Shown here in pieces: positions 28,543-38,281 of a stretch of DNA of 59,457 bases. The notes under the pieces are model-generated. The model was not told where the DNA came from. It worked only from the letters and a program-made list of their open reading frames with translations, and searched no databases. This DNA comes from a virus (Duplodnaviria; Caudoviricetes): the IMG/VR virus record IMGVR_UViG_3300040808_001421, positions 1 to 59,457 of that record; one strand, given 5' to 3'. The position numbers and the translations under genes were made by a program. Every line of letters begins with the position of its first letter. The stretch's first letter is position 1.

Positions 28543-28835
28543 TGCATAAAAAAATGGTTAAGAAGGAAATAATTAAGGAACTAATCAAACGCCAAGTTAT
28601 AGTTGATGGCACAAACATTGATGCTATTGTAACAGCAAATGGGTTAGGCGGACAACCTATTGAAGTAAACAAAAATGTTGTTATTGGAAGCCTAGGCGAA
28701 GATTCAGCAAAAGGCTGGGATCGTTGTGATGCTGGTAAAGATCATATTTTTAAAGTGAAATATGACGCTATTACAGCAGTAGAAGGCATGGATGTTAACC
28801 GCATGGCACAAGCATATAAAATCAAAATTAAATAA
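28542..28835 (+). CDS. hypothetical protein
   Basis: TAATG coupling with the upstream gene. Confidence 0.65.
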   Translation: MHKKMVKKEIIKELIKRQVIVDGTNIDAIVTANGLGGQPIEVNKNVVIGSLGEDSAKGWDRCDAGKDHIFKVKYDAITAVEGMDVNRMAQAYKIKIK

Positions 28836-28846
28836 ATAAAAGTACT

Positions 28847-29239
28847 ATGCCAGAACTAAGTACGAATTTTGAATTTACAATCAACGGATCAGACACTGTT
28901 CAAGTGAATCATCCTGGTGACAGTACCGCTGAAGAATACATCAGTGATAAAGTCAAAGGCGATGGTTACTACAAAGGCGGCGATGGTTCGCACACCTATG
29001 CACTAAAAGTTGCCGGATTTTACGGCACAATTATTATCCAAGCAACATTAGTTGCAGAACCAACAGCAGATGATTGGTTTGATGTTGATTCTACAGAACA
29101 TACTGCAACAGTTGCCGGTGGTACTGTAAATAGAGACGGATCATACATGTATAACTTTGATGGTAACTTTGTTTGGTTACGAGCAAAGATTACAAACTTT
29201 ACAGATGGCACTGTAAATTATATAAGGGTAAACTACTAA
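28847..29239 (+). CDS. hypothetical beta-rich, possibly structural protein
   Basis: TAAATA upstream; beta-strand pattern. Confidence 0.6.
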   Translation: MPELSTNFEFTINGSDTVQVNHPGDSTAEEYISDKVKGDGYYKGGDGSHTYALKVAGFYGTIIIQATLVAEPTADDWFDVDSTEHTATVAGGTVNRDGSYMYNFDGNFVWLRAKITNFTDGTVNYIRVNY

Positions 29240-29529
29240 TGAGTGAACATTTTGTAAGAATTATTTTCAACGAACAACAAGACGAAAAGTTTATGCGTAC
29301 CTTTGCAGGTGCTATGTCACACACTTTGGACGAATGTTTACTTGAATCTGCAGAAAACCAAATTACATTTGAGTCGTATACCACGTCTGAAGGACATCAT
29401 GTCTACGAAGTTTCTCTTACACAAGAACTAAGCAACGAAAGAGCAGACGAAATGGCAAACACTATTGCTTCAGTGATCAAGGGTGATTACGAAATTGAAG
29501 TAAGCGGAAACGGCTACACAGTCCAATAA
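29239..29529 (+). CDS. hypothetical protein
   Basis: TAATG coupling gives start MSEHF. Confidence 0.6.
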   Translation: MSEHFVRIIFNEQQDEKFMRTFAGAMSHTLDECLLESAENQITFESYTTSEGHHVYEVSLTQELSNERADEMANTIASVIKGDYEIEVSGNGYTVQ

Positions 29530-29563
29530 TAGTCATTTTGGCTAAATTAATTTCATATTGCTA

Positions 29564-29592
29564 TTGACTTTATATGCTAAAGAGCGTATTAT
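29564..29592 (+). promoter_or_regulatory. sigma70-type promoter
   Basis: TTGACT-17-TATTAT in an intergenic gap. Confidence 0.65.
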
Positions 29593-29645
29593 AATAGAGT
29601 AACACTTTGCAAAGTGTTTTATTTAAAATGTCAATAGGAGAAAAT

Positions 29646-29915
29646 ATGACTAACAATACTAAAACTATCCAGGCTAAAGTACTTGCTTCATTACAAGATG
29701 GTAATGAACTAACTGCGGCTCAAATCAAATCAAGATTTGGTGCAGGAAACCCAGGTGCAGTAATCCAAGCATTACGCTTCAACGGTTTTCCAGTATACCT
29801 AAACACTGTTAAAGACAGCAAAGGTAGAGTATACAAAAAGTACAGACTAGGTACTGCGTCAAGAGCAGTTATCGCGGCTGGTTACAAAGCAATGGCTAAA
29901 GGCTTAGTTGCTTAA
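29646..29915 (+). CDS. small basic winged-helix DNA-binding protein
   Basis: LTAAQIKSRFGAGNPGAVIQALRFNGFPVY HTH-wing pattern; AGGAG SD; own promoter and terminator. Confidence 0.65.
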   Translation: MTNNTKTIQAKVLASLQDGNELTAAQIKSRFGAGNPGAVIQALRFNGFPVYLNTVKDSKGRVYKKYRLGTASRAVIAAGYKAMAKGLVA

Positions 29916-29929
29916 TTAAAACTATCGAT

Positions 29930-29952
29930 AGAGGCCCTTCGGGGCCTCTTTC
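29930..29952 (+). terminator. intrinsic terminator-like hairpin with cUUCGg tetraloop
   Basis: AGAGGCCC-TTCG-GGGCCTCT followed by a short T run. Confidence 0.8.
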
Positions 29953-29971
29953 ACTATGTGAGGGATCATAA

Positions 29972-30205
29972 ATGTATACACAACACCTACCAGAAACAAT
30001 AAACGTTAAATGTACTGACAACGGGCAAGTAAAAGAAGCATATCTTACAAGATTTGTTGAAAATGAGTACATAGACATAGTTTTAAACACGGTTAAACTA
30101 CGGTTAATGCATAGAAGAGCAGACCTATATGTGGGTAGTATGGCTGGATACGAATTCACAGCAAACGCACCAGAAATCACAGAAATCAAACCCTTTCGAA
30201 GATAA
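29972..30205 (+). CDS. hypothetical protein
   Basis: GAGGG SD; 77 aa. Confidence 0.6.
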   Translation: MYTQHLPETINVKCTDNGQVKEAYLTRFVENEYIDIVLNTVKLRLMHRRADLYVGSMAGYEFTANAPEITEIKPFRR

Positions 30206-30215
30206 GTCCTTTTGT

Positions 30216-30223
30216 ATAAATAC
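30216..30223 (+). promoter_or_regulatory. T4 late-promoter consensus TATAAATA heading the modular-protein cluster
   Basis: gTATAAATActtcagtaggag. Confidence 0.7.
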
Positions 30224-30242
30224 TTCAGTAGGAGTATAAATT

Positions 30243-32384
30243 ATGGACTTTAGAAATTTAATAGATAAAATAGACAGTATTACTTCTGAGGCAAAGAAGG
30301 AAGTACAACGTAAAGAGTACAAGACTGCCGCTGATGTAATTGCTGATATCAATGACGCTGTTTTTGCTGAACCAAGCAAATCACAAATCAAATACAGCAG
30401 TGCTAACATTAAACAATTTACAGATGAAAGAGCAGAGATTGCTTTTAAACTATCTGAACTAGCACAACTAATCAAAAACAATGATGAACTTTCCTTGTTT
30501 ATAAGCAAAGTGGGCAATATGGTCCATGACAGCGAGAAAAAACTTGGACCTGAACTTGTTAAAGTTGTTCAAGCCGCAATGGAAAAACATAAAGAATTAC
30601 CATTAGTAAAAGACCCAGATTCAGAAATACCCTACAAAGACGATAACGAAGATGAATTTGAATCGACTTCTACATTTAAAAGCGATATCGCAAAGTCCAT
30701 AGAAGAAGAAGGTCAACTTAATGAGCGTGGCCAACTTGAAATCCTTTGGGACGAAGAGCCTATTAAACGTGGCGGTGGAATGTATCAAGCAATTAGATTT
30801 GCTGACGGACGAAAAAGTTATGTTCCAATGGCAGTTGACGGTCGCCCAATTTGGACTGGTAAAGTAACACGTGAGTTTCAAGTACAAAGTTTATTAGATC
30901 TAGGCTTTGGTTTACCTGCATACAAATACGGTCAAGAGTTTAATGCAGATTTCCAAGGCAATCCTCCGGGTTGGCAAGGTAATGGTGATTACACAGGTAC
31001 ACATAGAAAAGTTGGTAGCCGTTGGGTAGCACTTGATCAATATAAACATTGGAGCAAGAGTGATGACGGTAACTTCTACACTGACCGTAACGAAGCACTT
31101 GCTGATTTAAGTTTTGCTGAATGGAAACAGGCAGGCGAAATAAGAAATATCAATCACGAATTAAAAATGTTAGCATTAAAATTACAAGCAGTTGATGCTA
31201 CTGATAAACTAGAATGGAGAGAAGCAATTCTAACTGTTAATAGAGCATACCGTGGAGATGAACAAGCCTTTGCAGATATGACTCAAATGGTTGAACAAGG
31301 TACTGACATTCAAGTTATGATTGCAGGTAGTGCGTTAAGAGGCAAGAAAGAGTTAGCAGATCTTGTTAATAAAAACGAACTAGACATGGCATTACAAAGT
31401 AAATCACATGCTGAAAAAATGGCAAACGTTATTAAAAACGATGCACAAGACATGGCCGCAGAACTTACAGGTAAAGCAGGTACTGATGGAACCGATAGTA
31501 CAACTGGAACTTCTCAGGCAGGTAGTAATACTACTGACACAATGCCTGATTTACAATTTGACGGCATGTATGAGTCATTAACTTATCACAACAGACGTAT
31601 TCAATCTAACGGTAATACAGTTAATTTTAATATTGACACTAGCAAACCTAAAACACATTGGGAGTGGCAAGGTAAGAAATATAGAATCTATGCTACACCA
31701 GAAGAAATTGAAAAGTTTAAAAACAGTCACCACAGCAACGGTTGGGTACAAACTGATAACAATGTAGGTGACGGAAATCCTAACTATCAAAATGATGCAC
31801 AGGCAACTGATCCATTTGATCCTAAAAATCAACAAACTGGTCCAGATGGTAATCCAACTATGCCACCTAAGTCAGGTGTATATGCAAGAGATGCACAAGG
31901 CAAAGAAACACGTAAGGGTGATCCAGATATGGTAGCACGAGCAGAAAAGAACTTCAAAGACAAAATGCTCGACCCTAAGAGCGATGAAGCAAAAGAATTG
32001 TTTAAAGATCTTGAACTAGAAAGCATTCAAAACGAAAGTGAAGAAATTACAGAATGGTTTAACGGCTTAAATGACGTAACACTACACGGTGACGAATTTT
32101 ATGAATCATTTGGGTGGATCGGCGAAAACGAAGAACACATAGAAGAAGCAGAATATCAAGGACGTACTGTAAAACTTAACAAGCCAATGCGTGGTGACGT
32201 TAAGAAATTTAAAGTATACGTAAAAAATCCAAAAGGTAACGTAGTTAAAGTTAACTTCGGTGATCCAGATATGAAAATTAAAAGATCTAATCCGGAGAGA
32301 CGTAAGAGTTTCCGTGCAAGACACAACTGTGATTCACCGGGTCCTAAGCACAAAGCACGTTACTGGTCATGCAGAAAATGGTGA
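30243..32384 (+). CDS. modular protein, probable internal head protein, with C-terminal basic Cys/Trp module
   Basis: Acidic linkers; C-terminal KFKVYV...FGDPDM...RRKSFRARHNC...KARYWSCRKW module after IEE. Confidence 0.6.
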   Translation: MDFRNLIDKIDSITSEAKKEVQRKEYKTAADVIADINDAVFAEPSKSQIKYSSANIKQFTDERAEIAFKLSELAQLIKNNDELSLFISKVGNMVHDSEKKLGPELVKVVQAAMEKHKELPLVKDPDSEIPYKDDNEDEFESTSTFKSDIAKSIEEEGQLNERGQLEILWDEEPIKRGGGMYQAIRFADGRKSYVPMAVDGRPIWTGKVTREFQVQSLLDLGFGLPAYKYGQEFNADFQGNPPGWQGNGDYTGTHRKVGSRWVALDQYKHWSKSDDGNFYTDRNEALADLSFAEWKQAGEIRNINHELKMLALKLQAVDATDKLEWREAILTVNRAYRGDEQAFADMTQMVEQGTDIQVMIAGSALRGKKELADLVNKNELDMALQSKSHAEKMANVIKNDAQDMAAELTGKAGTDGTDSTTGTSQAGSNTTDTMPDLQFDGMYESLTYHNRRIQSNGNTVNFNIDTSKPKTHWEWQGKKYRIYATPEEIEKFKNSHHSNGWVQTDNNVGDGNPNYQNDAQATDPFDPKNQQTGPDGNPTMPPKSGVYARDAQGKETRKGDPDMVARAEKNFKDKMLDPKSDEAKELFKDLELESIQNESEEITEWFNGLNDVTLHGDEFYESFGWIGENEEHIEEAEYQGRTVKLNKPMRGDVKKFKVYVKNPKGNVVKVNFGDPDMKIKRSNPERRKSFRARHNCDSPGPKHKARYWSCRKW

Positions 32385-32390
32385 TGCACA

Positions 32391-32738
32391 ATGCTCTTAA
32401 AAGAACTTTTTGATAATAACATATCAACCGATACTCCTGATGTACTTGTAGACGATATTAAATTTTATATCGAACAACAAGACGACCTACATAAGGAATA
32501 CTTTTTACCTGCGGTTGATGAATTAAAAAGAAAAAATCTTTTAGACGATGATTCTTGTTATGAATGTTTTATGGCCATGGTTGAACAAGGATGTAAAAAG
32601 TATCAAGAAGAATATAAACTTCCAGGTAACGTTGAAGAAATTTATACAAAAGATCTTAAAGAAAAAGTAGCAAGACAGTTTGCTGAAAGTCACTTAGAAG
32701 AAATTAAAGACGGCCAATACGATCCTAAGGAGTTATAA
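32391..32738 (+). CDS. hypothetical protein with MLLKEL leader
   Basis: N-terminus shared with the next gene. Confidence 0.65.
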   Translation: MLLKELFDNNISTDTPDVLVDDIKFYIEQQDDLHKEYFLPAVDELKRKNLLDDDSCYECFMAMVEQGCKKYQEEYKLPGNVEEIYTKDLKEKVARQFAESHLEEIKDGQYDPKEL

Positions 32739-33481
32739 TGCTACTAAAGGAGTTGCTAGAAGCACAACCTCAAAAAACAGCAGTTATAGCATGGGGTCGA
32801 ATGAATCCGCCTACCATCGGACATAACAAGGTTATTGAAACTGTTAAGTCTATTGCACAAAAGACTCAAGGCGATCCAATTCTTTTTTTAACAAAGACAC
32901 AGGATGCTAAAAAGAATCCATTATCATTTGCAGAAAAATTACATTTTGCAAGCGAAATGTTTCAGATTTCGATTGATAGAAACTCAAGTATTAAAACAAT
33001 AATACAAGCCTTACAAAGTTTGCAAGGCAAAGGTTATACAAATGTTGCTATTGTTGCAGGTAGTGATAGAATAGATCAATACCAATCATTAGTTGACAAG
33101 TATAACAACAAACCTGATAAGTCAGGCGAAATTCCTTTTGCATTTAGAAACATAAGAGTGTTTAGCAGTGGAGAACGTGATCCAGATGCTGACGGTATTG
33201 AGGGTATGAGTGCAAGTAAGGTAAAGAAACTTGCCGCTGAAGGAAAATTTGAAGATTGGAAAGACGAAACAGGTCAAACACAGCCTGGTTTTAAAAGCAG
33301 TGTTCCTGGTAACGAAACTCTTGCAAAACAAATGTACAATAGAGTACGTCAAGGTATGGGCATACAAGATACACAAACTGAAGAAGCGGCTGGCGTAGGT
33401 ATAATTACTAAACAAAACACAACTAAGGATGTTAAGAAAGGCACCCTTAAAAAAATGATGAAGGGGTATAAACTAATATGA
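32738..33481 (+). CDS. HIGH-superfamily nucleotidyltransferase with leader and C-terminal extra module
   Basis: GRMNPPTIGH, KNPLSF, VAGSDR, GERDPDA, GMSASK. Confidence 0.8.
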   Translation: MLLKELLEAQPQKTAVIAWGRMNPPTIGHNKVIETVKSIAQKTQGDPILFLTKTQDAKKNPLSFAEKLHFASEMFQISIDRNSSIKTIIQALQSLQGKGYTNVAIVAGSDRIDQYQSLVDKYNNKPDKSGEIPFAFRNIRVFSSGERDPDADGIEGMSASKVKKLAAEGKFEDWKDETGQTQPGFKSSVPGNETLAKQMYNRVRQGMGIQDTQTEEAAGVGIITKQNTTKDVKKGTLKKMMKGYKLI

Positions 33482-33990
33482 GAGCAAGAGACTTTATAAT
33501 CGAAGGCAAACAAGAAATCATGCACATTATCAATGCAATCAAAGAAGTTGCAGGTAGAGTGCAAGAAGTTAGACAATACCTAGAACAAGTTATTGAAAAA
33601 CCTTTAGAGCAAATTACTTCACAGGATATCTACAATAACCTTATTAAGAAGGGTATTCCTTTTGCTAGAGCAGGTGCTAGAATGGGTAGCCAAGAGTTAA
33701 CAAGAATGGGTTATAATTTTGGTATGCTAAAAACATACGCAAAATGGAATAAAGATGGAATAGCACAAGAAATAGGCAAAATGTTACCTGACATGGTGTA
33801 TGCAACTGATCCGGATATGAGGAAAAACATTGCTCTTAAGTTAGATATTTCAGAACAAGATGTTGATGCTATTATAGATACATATGAAGACCTAGCAAAT
33901 AAATTTCCTAAAGCGGCGAAGTTAATGGAAAAAGGCGATTTTGAAGGCGCACTAGATCAAGTTATTGCAAGGATGCTAGAAGGACTATAA
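33478..33990 (+). CDS. hypothetical protein with MRARDFIIE leader
   Basis: ATGA overlap; leader resembles the T4 capsid-targeting sequence. Confidence 0.65.
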   Translation: MRARDFIIEGKQEIMHIINAIKEVAGRVQEVRQYLEQVIEKPLEQITSQDIYNNLIKKGIPFARAGARMGSQELTRMGYNFGMLKTYAKWNKDGIAQEIGKMLPDMVYATDPDMRKNIALKLDISEQDVDAIIDTYEDLANKFPKAAKLMEKGDFEGALDQVIARMLEGL

Positions 33991-34209
33991 GTGACCAAAG
34001 AAGAATTACAAAAACTTGCTGGTATTACTAACGAATTTAAAGGTCAACAACCTGTTAACTTTGAAAACATATCGCACACAGCACAGGCACTAAAAGACAA
34101 AGAAAAGAAACTAGGTGTAAAACCGGGCGACAGTGATTGGTTTAAGTTATGGTTTAGTAGACCATACATGACAGGCATGCCAACAGGATTTAGAGGACGC
34201 AAAAAATAA
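33991..34209 (+). CDS. hypothetical small protein (LQKLAGI motif)
   Basis: GTG start with AAGGA SD. Confidence 0.65.
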   Translation: MTKEELQKLAGITNEFKGQQPVNFENISHTAQALKDKEKKLGVKPGDSDWFKLWFSRPYMTGMPTGFRGRKK

Positions 34210-35798
34210 TGAGCCAAACAGATAATACTCCTACAGAAATTTATCTAGACATGGACGGTGTCTTGGCTGACTTCTTTGCGGAGTATGCAAAGTTAGCAGG
34301 AGTAACTACAGGCTCATACAGAGATATACCTCCTGCAAAAGTAGATCCTACACTAGACAAAATGATAGGCACTGACTTTTTTGCAAGACTGCCTATGTTT
34401 AAAACAGTACCACAACTGTTAAAACTAGTACTAAGTTACACTGATCATTATAATATTTGTTCAAGTCCATTACGCGGGGATAATAAAAACTCTGAAAAAC
34501 ACAAAAGAGTTTGGATATCAAAGCATCTTAACCCACTACCAAAGGATATTATCATTACTGGTAGAAAGCCTAAGTGGGCAACCCAACCGGACGGTACCCC
34601 AAACATTCTCATAGACGATAGGGGTAAAAATATACGTGACTGGATCGCGGCTGGCGGTTATGGTATTAAGTATCAAGCCGACGAAGATTCACTTGAAACT
34701 ATTAAAATGGGATTGGACAGGTTCTTTAGGGGAGATGTACAAGAACCGCAAGACAGTGACTTAATGGTAAGCACTAGAGTCACACAAGAACCAAAAGAAA
34801 CATATAAACGTTCAGAATTGCCACAGGTAACTAAAGAACACTTAAACTATATTCCACACGCTGTAGAAACAGTAGACTTGGAGGTAGTTTGTCCAGTGCA
34901 AAAAGAACTTGTTACAGAAAATCTACAAAAGCAGTATAAACGTCTTACAGAGAATCGTTTCGCTCCTATTGTAGTAGATAAAAACTATAGAATTATTAAC
35001 GGACATCACAGATACGAAGTGCTAAAACAACTGAACAGCGGTTATGCTGAAGTTGCTCGTATTCCACTTACACTTGAGGAAGTAAAAACGGTCATGGAAA
35101 AGTGGAGTGCAAAATATAAGAAAAGCATTGATTGTAGTAATCCCAAAGGATTTAGTCAAAAGGCGCACTGTGCTGGCCGTAAAAAAAAGAATGAAAACAT
35201 AGAAGAATCAATTATTGTAGAACATCCTGCTGTAATTGCGGCACTAGCGGCGGCTGGTGTAACGATTAGAGAACTTGTAAAAAGATACGGATTTAACGCA
35301 GTTAAAAAAGCATTAGACAAAGCAAAAACGCAAAAACCTAATCTGCAAAAACCTGCTAATGATCACGGCGGTTATGTAGATGACTTGCTTAAAGCAGTTA
35401 ATAAAAAAAGAACTCCAGACGAAATAGCACGAGCCCAACAAATAAATTTTCCTAGAGCATTAGACAATGCAAAGGCTATGATTCGACATGCTTCTAAAGA
35501 TTTAAAAGCAGGAAAACTGTCTAGAGAAGAATTTACTAATATAATGCGTTACCTGCGAGTTAACTTTAAAAGAAAAACAGGTAAAGAGTTACCTATAGAC
35601 GATCTACTAAAGGTTGTAGAAAACTTTGCAGACGGTAAAAAAAAGGGTAAATCACGCCCGGGTAGAGTCAAACGTGCCGGTGCTAGTTGCAAAGGATCGG
35701 TAACTAGTTTACGTAAGAAGGCAAAAAACGCTAGTGGCGAAAAAGCAAAGATGTATCACTGGTGTGCAAACATGAAATCAGGACGTAAAAAAGGGTAA
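34209..35798 (+). CDS. multi-module protein: HAD 5'(3')-deoxyribonucleotidase + ParB/Srx-like domain + two Cys-pair basic modules
   Basis: YLDMDGVLADF...ILIDD (HAD); PIVVDKNYRIINGHHRY (ParB-like); IDCSNPKGFSQKAHC; ASCKGS...HWCANMK. Confidence 0.75.
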   Translation: MSQTDNTPTEIYLDMDGVLADFFAEYAKLAGVTTGSYRDIPPAKVDPTLDKMIGTDFFARLPMFKTVPQLLKLVLSYTDHYNICSSPLRGDNKNSEKHKRVWISKHLNPLPKDIIITGRKPKWATQPDGTPNILIDDRGKNIRDWIAAGGYGIKYQADEDSLETIKMGLDRFFRGDVQEPQDSDLMVSTRVTQEPKETYKRSELPQVTKEHLNYIPHAVETVDLEVVCPVQKELVTENLQKQYKRLTENRFAPIVVDKNYRIINGHHRYEVLKQLNSGYAEVARIPLTLEEVKTVMEKWSAKYKKSIDCSNPKGFSQKAHCAGRKKKNENIEESIIVEHPAVIAALAAAGVTIRELVKRYGFNAVKKALDKAKTQKPNLQKPANDHGGYVDDLLKAVNKKRTPDEIARAQQINFPRALDNAKAMIRHASKDLKAGKLSREEFTNIMRYLRVNFKRKTGKELPIDDLLKVVENFADGKKKGKSRPGRVKRAGASCKGSVTSLRKKAKNASGEKAKMYHWCANMKSGRKKG

Positions 35799-35806
35799 AT
35801 AGTAGT

Positions 35807-36565
35807 ATGAAAATGCTAGACATAGATAACACTGTTACAGTAGAGGGCAAAGATAAGCCTATTAAAGCACGTGATCCTAACGCACAAACAATGCAGGATA
35901 TACGCCGTAGTGGTGCCGCTGGTGCTCACAAGGACAAGACTAAAGTTATTCCACGCAAAGAAAAGTATAAAAAGATGGATGAAGCAGACCCAGCAGAACT
36001 TGGTCCTATGAATGACAAAATGAAAGATGTGCTTGGTAAAGTATATCAAGATGATGAAGCCGAAAAACAAGCAGAAATTGATCGTTCTGAAAAAATTAGA
36101 CAACAGCAGGTAAAAGATTTAGGTCCTGAAGCAATGGACAAATACGTTGACATGCTTAAAAGTCATGATTGGACTTATCAATACAGTGATGATCACAGCG
36201 TATGGCAAAGAGGACAAAAAGAGTCAGAAGCAATCAGCGGTATGATGAAAATCCTAGATCCTGATATGAAAATTTACAAAAAATATAGTCCTTTTCACAA
36301 AGAAGAAAAAACAGAAAACACAATCTTTAATGCACTTAATCAATTAGACGAAGTAGCAACAGCAGGCGGCACTTCTGTAAGCGATGTATCTGTAGTTGTA
36401 AATCCACACATGGCTATTGGTGATAAAAAGACACGTAAAAAATACGGGTCTTTGGTAGGTGCAGTACCTAATCCACCAAAAGCAAAAAAACAAAAACCAA
36501 CCGACAATGCACTAGATATGAAAGGGACTTCAATATTTGGTGGCACACTAAAGAGGAGTACATAA
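35807..36565 (+). CDS. modular hypothetical protein
   Basis: TAAATA 5 nt before the ATG; modules separated by TVE, MDE and LDE. Confidence 0.65.
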   Translation: MKMLDIDNTVTVEGKDKPIKARDPNAQTMQDIRRSGAAGAHKDKTKVIPRKEKYKKMDEADPAELGPMNDKMKDVLGKVYQDDEAEKQAEIDRSEKIRQQQVKDLGPEAMDKYVDMLKSHDWTYQYSDDHSVWQRGQKESEAISGMMKILDPDMKIYKKYSPFHKEEKTENTIFNALNQLDEVATAGGTSVSDVSVVVNPHMAIGDKKTRKKYGSLVGAVPNPPKAKKQKPTDNALDMKGTSIFGGTLKRST

Positions 36566-36567
36566 AA

Positions 36568-37647
36568 ATGCCAATGCAAATTAGAACTGCTGATGACAAA
36601 ACAAAATATTCAGATTTAGAAATCGCAGTAGGTGAAATTCAAAAATATGCTGATGCGTTACATAACGCACAAAAAACTCTTAATGTTCTTACACAAAAAT
36701 ACAAACAAAATGCTAGTTTAAACAATAAGGAATTACAAAATTTAAAAGCATTAAGAGCAAGAAACCCAAATAATACCAATAGCAATCCTGCACAAGGGGA
36801 AAGTTACACAAGAGAAGAAATCTTAGATAGAGTATTCGAAACTGAAGTTTCTGAAGTTGGAATGGGTCCAAGCACAAATGGACCATTTGCCTATTTAATG
36901 AAAAACATAGGACAAGCATTTGGTGTTTTTCCTAATGATGCTACTCTTAAACAAATGGGTACAGATGGCAGAAGAGCAGTGCCTACTAAAGATGACTCTC
37001 TTGCAAGAGAATTTCAATATATACAACAAGAATTAAAAAAACTTGATAGTATAGATTATAGCAAAATGCCACACGATCAGTTTATGAAACATTTTGATAA
37101 ACAATTAGAACTGATGAATAAATCGCACCAAATTATAACGAAACAAATGGATAGCCGAAGACAAAAAATCAATCAAATACAAACAAATAGTGTACAAGAA
37201 GATCACTATGACGAACCAGCAAGTGATTACGAAGGTGAAATGCTAGATAATCAAATTGCATTTATTAAATATGCGGCTGACGAAATCAGAGATCACGTAC
37301 ACAAAGGTGGCGTATTTCCAGAATGGTTTCAAAATAAATTAAGTGGTGTACACGAAAAAATCAAAACACTTCATGCATACATGGAAGGTGAGCGTCAACA
37401 GGCTATGGAAAAGAAACGCATGGTGTCAATGAAAGATGCTAAAGATGACTACTTTGAAAGTTTAGAACGCAAACTTAACGAATCAAAAGGCTTATGTAAA
37501 GAATGTGGTAAGCCTAGTTACACTACACTTGATGAAGAAAAGCAAAAAGGTGTTGATGGCAAAGTATGCTGGAAAGGCTACAAGCGTATGGGCACCAAAC
37601 AAAAGGGCGGAAAAACAGTTGATAACTGTGTAAAAATTAAAAAGTAA
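36568..37647 (+). CDS. modular hypothetical protein with C-terminal CWKGY...NCVK module
   Basis: GAGGAG SD; FPEWFQNKL helical module; CKEC; VCWKGYKRMGTKQKGGKTVDNCVK. Confidence 0.65.
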   Translation: MPMQIRTADDKTKYSDLEIAVGEIQKYADALHNAQKTLNVLTQKYKQNASLNNKELQNLKALRARNPNNTNSNPAQGESYTREEILDRVFETEVSEVGMGPSTNGPFAYLMKNIGQAFGVFPNDATLKQMGTDGRRAVPTKDDSLAREFQYIQQELKKLDSIDYSKMPHDQFMKHFDKQLELMNKSHQIITKQMDSRRQKINQIQTNSVQEDHYDEPASDYEGEMLDNQIAFIKYAADEIRDHVHKGGVFPEWFQNKLSGVHEKIKTLHAYMEGERQQAMEKKRMVSMKDAKDDYFESLERKLNESKGLCKECGKPSYTTLDEEKQKGVDGKVCWKGYKRMGTKQKGGKTVDNCVKIKK

Positions 37648-37657
37648 AAGGTTAATT

Positions 37658-38281
37658 ATGAGTGATATTCACAACATACTAAACAAGTTTAATCAACTAG
37701 GAATTAAAAACCAAGGACTAACAGTTGACGCTCCGGTTGCACCAGCAAAAGAACAATCAACAGGTTCTGGAACTGACGTAAATGCAAATGCACATGCAAG
37801 AAATGTTAACGAAAGTGTTCGTGGCAAACATATTCCGGGTGTTACAGATGTAAGCACAAATGACATGGCGGCACTAGCAGGTCTAGGAAACAGCACACCA
37901 AGATCAAGACCAAGTCCAGCACAACCAAATCCAAGCACTATGTATGCTGAGCCTGTACAAACTATTCCTTCAAATACAAATCCTTATGCAGAAATTGAAG
38001 CAAGACTAGATAACATCGAAAGCAAGTTGAATAAAATTTTCGAAGCAGTTATGTATAACGAAGAAAAAGACAGTGACAAACTTAAAAGACATACAAAAGA
38101 TCTAGATGATTTAGAAAGACAAATTCGTAAATCAGGCTCAATGGATAAAGAAACAGCAGATGCTATCAAACTAAGAAGATCTAAAATTATCAAAGATAAA
38201 CTTAGTGCAGAAGATAAAGCAAAACCTACCAGTAAAAGTTTATTCAAAGAATATTTAGAATTTTTAGAGGACCAAAAATAA
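37658..38281 (+). CDS. hypothetical low-complexity/coiled-coil protein
   Basis: Operonic; MAALAGL motif resembles LQKLAGI. Confidence 0.6.
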   Translation: MSDIHNILNKFNQLGIKNQGLTVDAPVAPAKEQSTGSGTDVNANAHARNVNESVRGKHIPGVTDVSTNDMAALAGLGNSTPRSRPSPAQPNPSTMYAEPVQTIPSNTNPYAEIEARLDNIESKLNKIFEAVMYNEEKDSDKLKRHTKDLDDLERQIRKSGSMDKETADAIKLRRSKIIKDKLSAEDKAKPTSKSLFKEYLEFLEDQK

